This document shows positions 30,022 to 38,514 of a stretch of DNA of 64,000 nt, piece after piece (position 1 is the first letter of the stretch; each line of letters starts with the position of its first letter). This DNA is from Minisyncoccota bacterium (GTDB lineage Bacteria; Patescibacteriota; Minisyncoccia; Phycocordibacterales; UBA5272), in assembly GCA_046350775.1 (NCBI GenBank), contig JAXLZS010000001.1, positions 351,930-415,929 of the forward strand. The letters are read 5' to 3'. Made by a program: the position numbers and the translations under genes. The notes under the pieces are model-generated. The model saw only the letters and a list, made by a program, of their open reading frames with translations. It did not search any database and was not told the DNA's origin.

Positions 30022-31614
30022 ATGCAAAAATTCTTTTTATACGCTCGCAAGTCTACCGATGTGGAGGACAAGCAAGTGTTGAGTATTGAAGCGCAGTTGC
30101 AAGAGCTTCGTGATTTTGCCAAGCGAGAAAATATCGAAATAGTTTGCGAATTTATAGAAAAACAATCTGCGAAAATTCCGGGTCGTCCAATTTTTAATCA
30201 AATGATCTCGCAGATTGAAAAAGGATTCGCAAACGGCATTCTTGCTTGGCACCCTGATAGACTTGCTCGCAATAGTGTCGATGGAGGACGCATAATTTAC
30301 CTTGTGGACGAGAAAAAATTAGAATTTCTGAAATTTATTCAGTTTTGGTTTGAACCTACACCACAAGGCAAATTTATGCTCTCCATCGCCTTTGGTCAAA
30401 GTAAGTACTATGTGGATTCTCTTTCTGAAAATACCAAACGCGGTTTGCGACAAAAGATTCGGCGCGGAGAATATCCAGGACTTTCACCTGTGGGATATAT
30501 CAATGATTCTAGAACTAAAACTGTCGTGGTAAACAAAAAGACCGCGCCGATCATTCGCCAAGCGTTTGAGATGTATGCAAAGGGAAATATATCAATGGAT
30601 AACATCGGTGTATTTTTTGAAGCAAATCGCTTGTTTGGAAAAAATGGAAAGAGAATCCACAGAACGCGAGCATACTATATTCTTGCGAATCCATTTTACT
30701 ATGGACATTTTCGGTATATGGGAGAAATTTACGAAGGTAAATACGAGCCAATCGTGTCAAAGCAACTTTTTGACAAAGTACAAGAAGTGATGAAGCAGAA
30801 AAGTCGTCCAAGACATAAAGAAATATCTGAACCACAAGCGTATTGTGGACTGTTGTCATGTGCCACTTGCGGAATGATGATAACTGGCGAATACAGGGTG
30901 AAAACACAGAAAAATGGCACACAACATTTCTATACTTATTATCACTGCACCAAGAAACGCAGAGATATGAAATGTCCTGAATCCTGTATTCGCCAGGAAG
31001 TCTTGGACGAACAAATTTCATCACTTCTTCAAAAAGTTTCTATGCCACGAGACTGGGCGGATTATTTACACGAAAGATTACAAAAAGATAAAATGGAATC
31101 CGCCCAGTCTGTTTTTGCTTTTGTTGAGAAAAACGAAAAAAAGATAAAAGACATTGAGGTGAAGTTCCAGCGACTTTTGGAGGGATATTTAGACCAAGAT
31201 ATTGAGAAAGAAATTTATCGTGAAGAAAAAGCAAGATTGTTATCTGTAAAAAAGTCGCTTGAGGAGGAAATATCCAAGAACCAACAAAAACAAAAACATT
31301 GGCTCGAACCGATGGAAAAGTGGATAAAGGACGCACAGAATATAGAAAAAATTGCATTGGATTCCGACCTTTTTGCGAAAAAGGTCTGCGCCAAAGAAAT
31401 CTTTGGCTCGAACCTCTCCCTTGGCGAAAAACAGGTGCGCGCAAGCGCGCCCGCATTTCCGAATTCCCCCGCAGAATCAGGGCAAACACAGTGGGACGCG
31501 CTTCGCGCGTCCCACCATTTGGCATCTTCCGAACCATTTTGTTCGTTTATGGAGCCACTTGTCAGATTCGAACTGACGACCTACGGTTTACAAAACCGTT
31601 GCTCTACCAACTGA
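30022..31614 (+). CDS. large serine recombinase (serine integrase family)
   Basis: Resolvase catalytic domain (YARKSTDVEDKQVLSIEAQ, HPDRLARN), recombinase domain, zinc beta-ribbon (CGLLSCATCGMM...YHCTKK...CPESC) and a long coiled-coil. It is visibly GC-richer than its surroundings. The last roughly 65 codons run through repeat C' and overlap tRNA-Thr, so the true stop is uncertain. Confidence 0.85.
   Translation: MQKFFLYARKSTDVEDKQVLSIEAQLQELRDFAKRENIEIVCEFIEKQSAKIPGRPIFNQMISQIEKGFANGILAWHPDRLARNSVDGGRIIYLVDEKKLEFLKFIQFWFEPTPQGKFMLSIAFGQSKYYVDSLSENTKRGLRQKIRRGEYPGLSPVGYINDSRTKTVVVNKKTAPIIRQAFEMYAKGNISMDNIGVFFEANRLFGKNGKRIHRTRAYYILANPFYYGHFRYMGEIYEGKYEPIVSKQLFDKVQEVMKQKSRPRHKEISEPQAYCGLLSCATCGMMITGEYRVKTQKNGTQHFYTYYHCTKKRRDMKCPESCIRQEVLDEQISSLLQKVSMPRDWADYLHERLQKDKMESAQSVFAFVEKNEKKIKDIEVKFQRLLEGYLDQDIEKEIYREEKARLLSVKKSLEEEISKNQQKQKHWLEPMEKWIKDAQNIEKIALDSDLFAKKVCAKEIFGSNLSLGEKQVRASAPAFPNSPAESGQTQWDALRASHHLASSEPFCSFMEPLVRFELTTYGLQNRCSTN
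31408..31554. repeat. repeat C, right copy
   Basis: Inverted copy of 29705-29860. It ends in ...gtttatggag, overlapping the CUCCA 3' terminus of tRNA-Thr. Confidence 0.8.
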
Positions 31615-31625
31615 GCTAAAGTGGC
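31550..31625 (-). tRNA. tRNA-Thr (anticodon UGU), CCA encoded
   Basis: GCCACUU-UA-GCUC-AGUUGGUA-GAGC-A-ACGGU-UUUGUAA-ACCGU-AGGUC-GUCAG-UUCGAAU-CUGAC-AAGUGGC-U-CCA, folded by hand. Confidence 0.85.
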
Positions 31626-31700
31626 AATATTTAATTTTTAAGCATCACTTCCCATGTTTTTATTTCTAAAATATACCATAAAAACAAGATATTTCAAAAC

Positions 31701-32120
31701 CTATTTTACAATAGTATTTATCGAATTATCATCTATCCTATTTTCCTCATCTTTCTCTCTCTTGTACTTTTTAAGATGATTCCAAAAGTGTGGCACAGCC
31801 TTTTTATCTTTGACCACCTCTTTTACAAATTGATCTCTACTCTTCATGTAGAGCTTTTCTGAATACTCATTTACTTTAGCCACTATTTTAACCCAAATAT
31901 GCAAAATATATCTATAAGATAATTTTACATAGACATATATTCTTCTGACATAGTAACGAATAACAGCAAAAAATCTATCCAAGAAAAGATTGTGTCCATC
32001 ATAATTGGCATCATACTTTTCAGGATGATTGGTAAGATAATTCATCCTTGTAAAGACAATAAGAAAAGCTGAAAGGAAAAATATTATAGCCAAACTTAAA
32101 TATATTATAAGGACTGACAT
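31701..32120 (-). CDS. hypothetical membrane protein
   Basis: 139 aa with an N-terminal TM. No motif recognised. Confidence 0.3.
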   Translation of the reverse strand: MSVLIIYLSLAIIFFLSAFLIVFTRMNYLTNHPEKYDANYDGHNLFLDRFFAVIRYYVRRIYVYVKLSYRYILHIWVKIVAKVNEYSEKLYMKSRDQFVKEVVKDKKAVPHFWNHLKKYKREKDEENRIDDNSINTIVK

Positions 32121-32173
32121 ACTTTTGTATTATATTAAAAATAAAAAGTCTTGCAAGGACTTTTATATATTTA

Positions 32174-32647
32174 TTAGATTGAATAACGCACAAATCTTTT
32201 GATTTGAGTATTTTCGCCAAATTTTTGTATGGCGGCTTGGATTTTTTGCTCAATAGTGACAGAAGGATCTTTTATAAAAGCTTGCTTTAATAGAGCTGTC
32301 TCCTCACCTGCTCCATCCTCATTATTGATCGATGTAGGATCCATAGCTACAACATGAAAAGCGATCTCATTAGCCAATGTCTTAAATTCTTCATTTTTAG
32401 AAACAAAGTCTGTCTCACAAGATAGCTCTACCATAGCAGCAGAACTTCCTCCACCATAAACATAAAAGCCAATAACACCAGCACCCAACTCACGATCTGA
32501 TTTTTTCTCGGCCACTTCTTTAGCTTTTTCAGCTAATATGGCCATAGCTTTATCTTTATCACCATTTGAGGTGTCTAAAGCTTTTTTAATTTCGCCTAAT
32601 GAAAGACCTGTCGCCTCACGGAGCTCTTTTATGATTTCTGTACTCAT
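32174..32647 (-). CDS. tsf: elongation factor Ts (short form)
   Basis: N-terminal UBA-like domain (LREATGLSLGEIKKALDTSNGDKDKAMAIL) and an EF-Ts core. It sits downstream of rpsB as usual. Confidence 0.85.
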   Translation of the reverse strand: MSTEIIKELREATGLSLGEIKKALDTSNGDKDKAMAILAEKAKEVAEKKSDRELGAGVIGFYVYGGGSSAAMVELSCETDFVSKNEEFKTLANEIAFHVVAMDPTSINNEDGAGEETALLKQAFIKDPSVTIEQKIQAAIQKFGENTQIKRFVRYSI

Positions 32648-32668
32648 ATAAATTTTAAAAAATAATTA

Positions 32669-33364
32669 TTATTTAAGACTAGCTTTTATAATGTTTAACA
32701 ACATCTCAACAGAAGAACGAGATGAATCATTTGAAATGATTGGATATTCAATAGTAGAAATATCACAGTCAGTATTTGATATAGATACTACAGGAATATG
32801 AGCTATAGCGGCCTCAGCTACAGGAATCTTTTCGAAAGATGAATCTACTACGACTACAGCACCTGGTAAATTTGTGACACCAGAAAGACCTCCAAAATTT
32901 TTATCAAGTTTTTCCATTTCTCTTTGCATTAAAAGTTGCTCTTTCTTTGTAAACTTTGACCACTCCCCTTTATTTTTAGCTTCTATCATAGAAGCAAGCT
33001 TTTCGATTCTTTTTTTAATTTGAGGAAAATTAGTAATAGATCCACCTATAAATCTGTTTGTGATATAAGGCTCACCAAGAGAAAGTGCTACTTCTTTAAC
33101 AATTTGTACCACTTCTGGCTTCTCACCAATAAATAAAATCTTCTTATTTTGTTCTTTTACTGACTTTAAAAAGTCTATAGCCTCTTTTAGGGAAGCTTTG
33201 GTCTTTGTTAGATCGATAAGATCGATACCATTTTGAGTACTATAGATAAAGCTCTTTGTTGAAGGATGTCTGCGAGTCTTTGAATAGCCATAAGCCACTC
33301 CAGCCTTTGCCAGATCTTCTACTTTTACGCTATCTATATCAGTCTTGATTTGTGTATTTGTCAT
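32669..33364 (-). CDS. rpsB: 30S ribosomal protein S2
   Basis: GVAYGYSKTRRHPSTKSFIY...IDLTKT and ...VVVDSSFEKIPVAEA are typical of S2. The rpsB-tsf gene order is conserved. Confidence 0.9.
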   Translation of the reverse strand: MTNTQIKTDIDSVKVEDLAKAGVAYGYSKTRRHPSTKSFIYSTQNGIDLIDLTKTKASLKEAIDFLKSVKEQNKKILFIGEKPEVVQIVKEVALSLGEPYITNRFIGGSITNFPQIKKRIEKLASMIEAKNKGEWSKFTKKEQLLMQREMEKLDKNFGGLSGVTNLPGAVVVVDSSFEKIPVAEAAIAHIPVVSISNTDCDISTIEYPIISNDSSRSSVEMLLNIIKASLK

Positions 33365-33437
33365 AATAAATTATTTAAAGTTTCTATATCTTATCAAATT
33401 TTTGCAATTTTAGCAAGATATAAAACAATATTGTATT

Positions 33438-34805
33438 TTATTGTCCGTATTGATTTATATAGTCAATATTAGACTGAATACCTGACATTTTTGACATAAC
33501 AGAGTTTCCATAAGAGCAATTACTGCCTCCAGTACCATAATATTTGCAGGCAGCCTTGATCTGTGACAAATAAGTATTATTTGCCCCCAAATCAGACAAG
33601 TAAATTGATGATGCCATGATAGAGTCGCGAGCGCTCCACGGATTTGATGAGCCAGTATTTGCTTTTACTCTTCCTGCTACGGATTGCCAAGTCGAAGGGA
33701 TAAATTGCGCTGGACCCATAGCCCCTCCCCATCCTCCAGCAGAAGGTATAGGACAAGAAACTACCGTCTTTTTGTAATCCATACCTAAAGCAGAAGTGAT
33801 CGCTATAAAAGGCCCCACATCTCTACTTGGCTTCATGACATTCGGATATTGAACATTTGTCTTCAAATTGTATCCAGCACCTGTAGATGTATCCGTCAGA
33901 TAACATTTACCAACATTTGCTCCAAGAGCTGATTCTTGAGTTAAAATAGCAAGCACAAAAGCAGCTGGGGTACCAGTCACGGATTCTGCTTGTTTAGCAT
34001 AATTTAGAGCATCACCAAAAGGAATAGCCGCTGTACTACCTCCAGCGAAATTAAAGAGTGCTGCACGTATCTGTGCGGCCTTGGCCTGTTTTTCGGCTAA
34101 TTGTTTTTTATAAAGTGCCTCTTGGCCTTTTGTTTGTTTCAATAAATCATTTTTTTGACTTTGGGTGCTGGCTATCTGCTTTTGTTCGGCGGCTTGTTGA
34201 TTTTTAAGGGCTATCTGAGATTCTTTACTGTCTTGTAAAGAACTCTTTACCTGAGTCAATTCTTCTGTGGTATTTTGGATCTTGCTAACATTCTGATTTA
34301 TAGCATCTTGTAAAGTCATAATCTTGTCAGCTTCAGAAAAATAATCAGACAAGGTCTTGTCATTTAAAATTAAATTCAAAAAAGTATTCATACCATCAAA
34401 ATCATTTAAATCACGAAGAGCGTCAGCTAAGGCTGACTTTTGTCTGTCCAAAGTATTGTTGAGGGAATTGATTTGAATATTTTTATCTGTGATCTGATTG
34501 TTTAAAGAAGAAATATTATTATCAATTTTTTTTATTTGTAATTTTTTAGCATTTATTTTTGATTGTAAAAGAGAGATATCTCTAGATAAAGAAGCGCTCT
34601 GCTCTTGTGTGCTAGCTATAATTTTTTGTTGCTCAAGTATTTGCTGTTCTAGATCGTTTAGTTCGGCTTGGAGCTTGGCTCTGGCTGCCTGATCTGATGA
34701 TTGAGCAAAAGAAATACTGGCCTTGTCCATAAAAACAAAACCTAAAAAAAATAAAATAAAAAAAGAGAGAAAGAAAAATCTCTGATATAAATTAACTTTT
34801 TTCAT
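33438..34805 (-). CDS. secreted coiled-coil protein with a C-terminal lytic transglycosylase (SLT) domain
   Basis: Signal/TM N-terminus and about 250 aa of Q/K-rich coiled-coil. The C-terminus has ...ILTQESALG... and GPAQFIPSTW, resembling the family-1 lytic transglycosylase ES...GLMQ motifs. Confidence 0.5.
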   Translation of the reverse strand: MKKVNLYQRFFFLSFFILFFLGFVFMDKASISFAQSSDQAARAKLQAELNDLEQQILEQQKIIASTQEQSASLSRDISLLQSKINAKKLQIKKIDNNISSLNNQITDKNIQINSLNNTLDRQKSALADALRDLNDFDGMNTFLNLILNDKTLSDYFSEADKIMTLQDAINQNVSKIQNTTEELTQVKSSLQDSKESQIALKNQQAAEQKQIASTQSQKNDLLKQTKGQEALYKKQLAEKQAKAAQIRAALFNFAGGSTAAIPFGDALNYAKQAESVTGTPAAFVLAILTQESALGANVGKCYLTDTSTGAGYNLKTNVQYPNVMKPSRDVGPFIAITSALGMDYKKTVVSCPIPSAGGWGGAMGPAQFIPSTWQSVAGRVKANTGSSNPWSARDSIMASSIYLSDLGANNTYLSQIKAACKYYGTGGSNCSYGNSVMSKMSGIQSNIDYINQYGQ

Positions 34806-34925
34806 AATTTAATTTTACCATATAAAATCTCTTGTTAGAAAATTTCTTAACAAAAAAATAATAAAATAAAATCCCCCTTCTTCTGCAAACTTAGGGGAAT
34901 TTATTTTTATATTTTCAAATAAATA

Positions 34926-35552
34926 TTACTCTGAGGATTCAGTGTCTTCATCTTTCTTTCCTTTTTCTTCTACTTCAATATTTGAGATATCAGCCTCTAC
35001 TGGAGCTGAAAGATCTTCTTCTTTTGCTACAGCAATAGATGCCACAATCTCATCTTCATCCACATGATAAAGTGCTACACCTGATGGGAGAGTAAGATCT
35101 TTTACACGAATAACTGAATCAAGATCTTTTAATAAAGAGATATCTACATTGATAGAGTGAGGAAGATGTGCAGCGTCTGCTTCTACATTTAACTCATACA
35201 TAACTTTGACGAGTGTTCCGCCAAAAGTCTTTACAGCTTCTGATTCACCGACAAACTCTAGAGGTACATGAGTATCAATCTTTGCTCCTTTTTCAATAAT
35301 ATAGAAATCTACATGAATAGGAGTGTTTTTTATAGAATCATAAGATACATCTTGTACTATAGCTTGCAATTTCTTTCCTTCGCCAGTAAGCTCGATAACT
35401 GAAGACTCTCCAGCTTCACGATAAACCTTTTTGAATTCTATTGTGTTTAAAAATATAGGTGTAGACTTTTCTTTTGCTCCATAAAATACAGCCTTGAGCA
35501 TTCCTTCTTTATCTTCTCCTTTATTTCTGTTTGAAAAATTAAGTGATAACAT
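34926..35552 (-). CDS. rplY: 50S ribosomal protein L25 (general stress protein Ctc form)
   Basis: L25 N-domain plus a Ctc-like C-domain with an acidic tail. Confidence 0.85.
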   Translation of the reverse strand: MLSLNFSNRNKGEDKEGMLKAVFYGAKEKSTPIFLNTIEFKKVYREAGESSVIELTGEGKKLQAIVQDVSYDSIKNTPIHVDFYIIEKGAKIDTHVPLEFVGESEAVKTFGGTLVKVMYELNVEADAAHLPHSINVDISLLKDLDSVIRVKDLTLPSGVALYHVDEDEIVASIAVAKEEDLSAPVEADISNIEVEEKGKKDEDTESSE

Positions 35553-35556
35553 ATTT

Positions 35557-35713
35557 TTTACTTCTTAGCTTCTTTAAATACTACATGCTTTCTAAGTTTT
35601 TTATCAAACTTTTTAAGCTCGATTTTGCGAGTTACTTGTTTTTTATTTTTCTTTGTAAAATATGTAGTACCTGTCGCTTTATTTGTGATTTTGATTAATC
35701 TATCTTGAGACAT
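35557..35713 (-). CDS. rpmG: 50S ribosomal protein L33, with an apparent +1 frameshift in an A7 homopolymer
   Basis: Two frames give MSQDRLIKITNKATGTTYFTKKNKK and QVTRKIELKKFDKKLRKHVVFKEAKK*, which together align with L33 (...[38 protein letters not shown]). The frames join at the run of 7 T on the plus strand at 35638-35644; one base fewer would restore a 51-aa ORF. Confidence 0.6.
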
Positions 35714-35784
35714 AAATTTCTTTTAAATGATTGACAAAATATACTATATTTTGAGATTTTTTGCAAATATTATATAAATATTAA

Positions 35785-37038
35785 CTATTCTCCTTCTTTT
35801 TTAGATTCCTTAAAATCTTTTGGTTTTGGTAAATGGTCAGCATGTTTAAACTTGAAAAAGTTAAATCCCTTTTCATTGAAATAATGAGCATATTTTGCGT
35901 GACCCCAGGAAAGTTGAGGTATTTCAGGATGCCCAATAAAAATTGGTAAGTACGAATGTTTATGAGAAAATTGTCTACTACCAGCACCTAGTTCATAAAA
36001 TCTTTCAGCTCTTTTTATAAATAAACTCTGCTGCATTTCATTTCCATATACACCTCTATTTTTTTTGCCAGATATTAAATCATCCAAGATTAATGATGCC
36101 CCAATCTCTTCTATAGAGCTCTTTTCGATTAAATTAATATCTAGAGATTGTTTGTTAAATACACAAAGACTTTCTTCAAAGTATTCTCTCATAAAACTAT
36201 CTAGTTTATAAGAAAAGCCAAAACCAATATTTTTTATTTCTAATCCATCAAAAAAATTACTAGGACAAAGATTTAATCCGGAAAATGTTGTACACGCATA
36301 AGCTTCACCACTTTTTATTTTACCTTCAAATTCAATGACGTTCGCTATTGGTACACAATTACCGGTTGAAATTATTTTATCAGGTTGTTTTGAATCATAG
36401 ATAGTAATATTTGAATGTGTAGAAGAATAATCTCCACTGGTTTTTTTTGCATTTGAGAAAGGGTATAGACTATACTCTTTCTCCTTTTTTACTTTTTCTA
36501 GATCGTATATCTTACTAACAAAAAAATCTTTTTTTAAATTTTTTATATATCTCTCTGACGTCTTTCTGTCTGACCAATAGGCAAATTTATGATTATGACA
36601 AAATTGCGGGTATTCGTTATCAGATAAACAATCTAATAATTTATAACAAAAACTTTCTTCAAATAAACCAATTTTATCTATTATTTCAAGTTCTTTTTCA
36701 TTTAAATACTCGTATTTCTTTTCTAAAATTTTGTCCAGTTGTGAAAAATTTTCAATACCAATTTCATTTAAAGAAAATCCTTTTTCTTTTTCAAATAAAA
36801 ATTTGGAAAAGTTATCTAAATTCTCTATAGATATTTTTACCCTCTCATACCCCAAAATCCCCGTCTCTTCTTGGACATGTTTAGGATATTCAAAATAATA
36901 TTTCTCTCCTTCTATTTTTTGTCCATTAATTTCTAAAAAAAATTTTTCTTTTTTAGTTTCTTTATCTTCCAATTTTTCTTTTTCAGAATTTTCAGTATTT
37001 GGACTTCTTTTTATTTTATTTGGATTAAAGCCAAACAT
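35785..37038 (-). CDS. hypothetical protein
   Basis: 417 aa, Lys/Glu-rich with a His-rich C-terminus. No family recognised. Confidence 0.3.
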   Translation of the reverse strand: MFGFNPNKIKRSPNTENSEKEKLEDKETKKEKFFLEINGQKIEGEKYYFEYPKHVQEETGILGYERVKISIENLDNFSKFLFEKEKGFSLNEIGIENFSQLDKILEKKYEYLNEKELEIIDKIGLFEESFCYKLLDCLSDNEYPQFCHNHKFAYWSDRKTSERYIKNLKKDFFVSKIYDLEKVKKEKEYSLYPFSNAKKTSGDYSSTHSNITIYDSKQPDKIISTGNCVPIANVIEFEGKIKSGEAYACTTFSGLNLCPSNFFDGLEIKNIGFGFSYKLDSFMREYFEESLCVFNKQSLDINLIEKSSIEEIGASLILDDLISGKKNRGVYGNEMQQSLFIKRAERFYELGAGSRQFSHKHSYLPIFIGHPEIPQLSWGHAKYAHYFNEKGFNFFKFKHADHLPKPKDFKESKKEGE

Positions 37039-37059
37039 ATTTTTGTTTTATTTAAATTA

Positions 37060-38505
37060 TTAGAATCCTAGCTTTTCTTCTAAATATTTTTTAAGATCTA
37101 CTATCTTCACTCTTTCTTGATTCATTGTATCTCTGTCGCGCACAGTCACAGATTCGTCAGTGAGACTATCGTAGTCGAAAGTCAGACAATATGGAGTACC
37201 TATCTCATCTTGTCTTCTGTATCTTTTTCCAATAGATCCAGACATATCAAATTCACAAAAATATCTTTTTGATAAATCTTGCCAGATTTTTCTCGCTGGT
37301 ACTGACAATTCTTCTTTTTTCATGAGTGGAAGAATTGCAATTTTGACTGGAGAAAGTCTTTTATCAAGTTTTAAAACAATCCTCTCTTCGCTCTTTCCCT
37401 CATTTGCTTTTATCTCTTCTTTTGTATAAGCATTATCGATAAAAGTCAGCATCATACGAGCAACTCCGGCTGAAGTCTCGACAATATGAGGTATAAATCT
37501 CTCACGAGTAGCTTCATCAAAATAAGAAAGATCTTTTCCAGAAAATTTAGAATGCTGAGAAAGATCCCAATCCCCTCTCTGATGAATACCTTCTATCTCT
37601 TTAAAATCATCACCTAACATTTTATATCGATATTCAATATCGTATGCATCACTAGCATAGTGAGCAAGTTTCTCATGTTTATACCATTTTAAATTTTGCT
37701 CTTTTATTCCATATTCTAAATAAAATTTCCAGCGATAATTTTTCCAATCTTCAAAATAGACATCTTTCGCTTTACCATCTTCTGCTTTTGGATTAAAAAA
37801 ATATTGCATCTCCATCTGTTCAAATTCACGAGTACGAAATACGAATTGCTTTGTCACAATCTCATTACGAAAAGCTTTGCCGATTTGGGCGATACCAAAT
37901 GGAAGCTTTGGATGAAGTGAGTCTAATGTATTTTTGTATTCCAAATAAATACCTCCGCATGTCTCCGGTCTCAAATAAACTACATTTTCTTCTGATAATG
38001 CATCTGTCGGTGAGCCGAGATTACTCTTGACCATGAGGGAAAATACTTTAGCCTCTGTCAGATCGCTAGATCCACAACTCTCGCAGACAAGCTTTTTCTC
38101 TTCTCTCAATTTATTCAAATTTTCATTTAAAAATTCAAGACTGGCTTTATCGGCGTTGATTCCAAATTTTTCCAATACATGATCAGCCCTCATCCTGGTC
38201 TTACATTTTCGGCAATCAATCTGTGGATCGTTAAATCCATCAACATGTCCAGAGGCTTTCCAGGTTGTCGGATGCATAAAAATACCAGAGTCTAGTGATA
38301 CTACGTCATCTCTCTCTTGAATCATGCTCTTCATCCAAGCTGATTTGATATTTTGTAAAAGTAAATATCCATAATGACCATAATCATATACACCGCTCAT
38401 CCCGCCATATATTTCACTAGAAGGAAAAACAAATCCTCTACTTTTCAAAAAAGCAATTATTTCCTGCATAAGACCATCATCTTTTTTAGTATTTTTCTCA
38501 GTCAT
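37060..38505 (-). CDS. glyQS: glycyl-tRNA synthetase (alpha2 dimeric type)
   Basis: N-terminus LMQEIIAFLKSRGFVFPSSEIYGG...SGVYDYGHYG and class II motifs with a C-terminal anticodon-binding domain. Typical of the archaeal/eukaryotic-like GlyRS found in many bacteria. Confidence 0.9.
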   Translation of the reverse strand: MTEKNTKKDDGLMQEIIAFLKSRGFVFPSSEIYGGMSGVYDYGHYGYLLLQNIKSAWMKSMIQERDDVVSLDSGIFMHPTTWKASGHVDGFNDPQIDCRKCKTRMRADHVLEKFGINADKASLEFLNENLNKLREEKKLVCESCGSSDLTEAKVFSLMVKSNLGSPTDALSEENVVYLRPETCGGIYLEYKNTLDSLHPKLPFGIAQIGKAFRNEIVTKQFVFRTREFEQMEMQYFFNPKAEDGKAKDVYFEDWKNYRWKFYLEYGIKEQNLKWYKHEKLAHYASDAYDIEYRYKMLGDDFKEIEGIHQRGDWDLSQHSKFSGKDLSYFDEATRERFIPHIVETSAGVARMMLTFIDNAYTKEEIKANEGKSEERIVLKLDKRLSPVKIAILPLMKKEELSVPARKIWQDLSKRYFCEFDMSGSIGKRYRRQDEIGTPYCLTFDYDSLTDESVTVRDRDTMNQERVKIVDLKKYLEEKLGF

Positions 38506-38514
38506 TTATTTAAA

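Larger units (their letters stand above)
25917..31625. mobile_element. putative integrated or rearranged element at tRNA-Thr: serine recombinase plus two pairs of long inverted repeats, with ABC-transporter and methyltransferase cargo
   Basis: A recombinase gene with foreign-looking composition abuts the tRNA 3' end. TGGAG is present at both outer ends (25917-25921 and 31550-31554). Inverted repeat pairs A/A' and C/C' bracket the two gene blocks. The exact boundaries are inferred, not proven. Confidence 0.5.

Noticed and set aside
31408-31554. 5S rRNA-like motif in repeat C (GUCCCACC...CCGAAC resembles the 5S loop C region)
   Set aside because: Only two short blocks match and the spacing differs. 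Helix I and the rest of 5S are absent, so it is judged coincidental.
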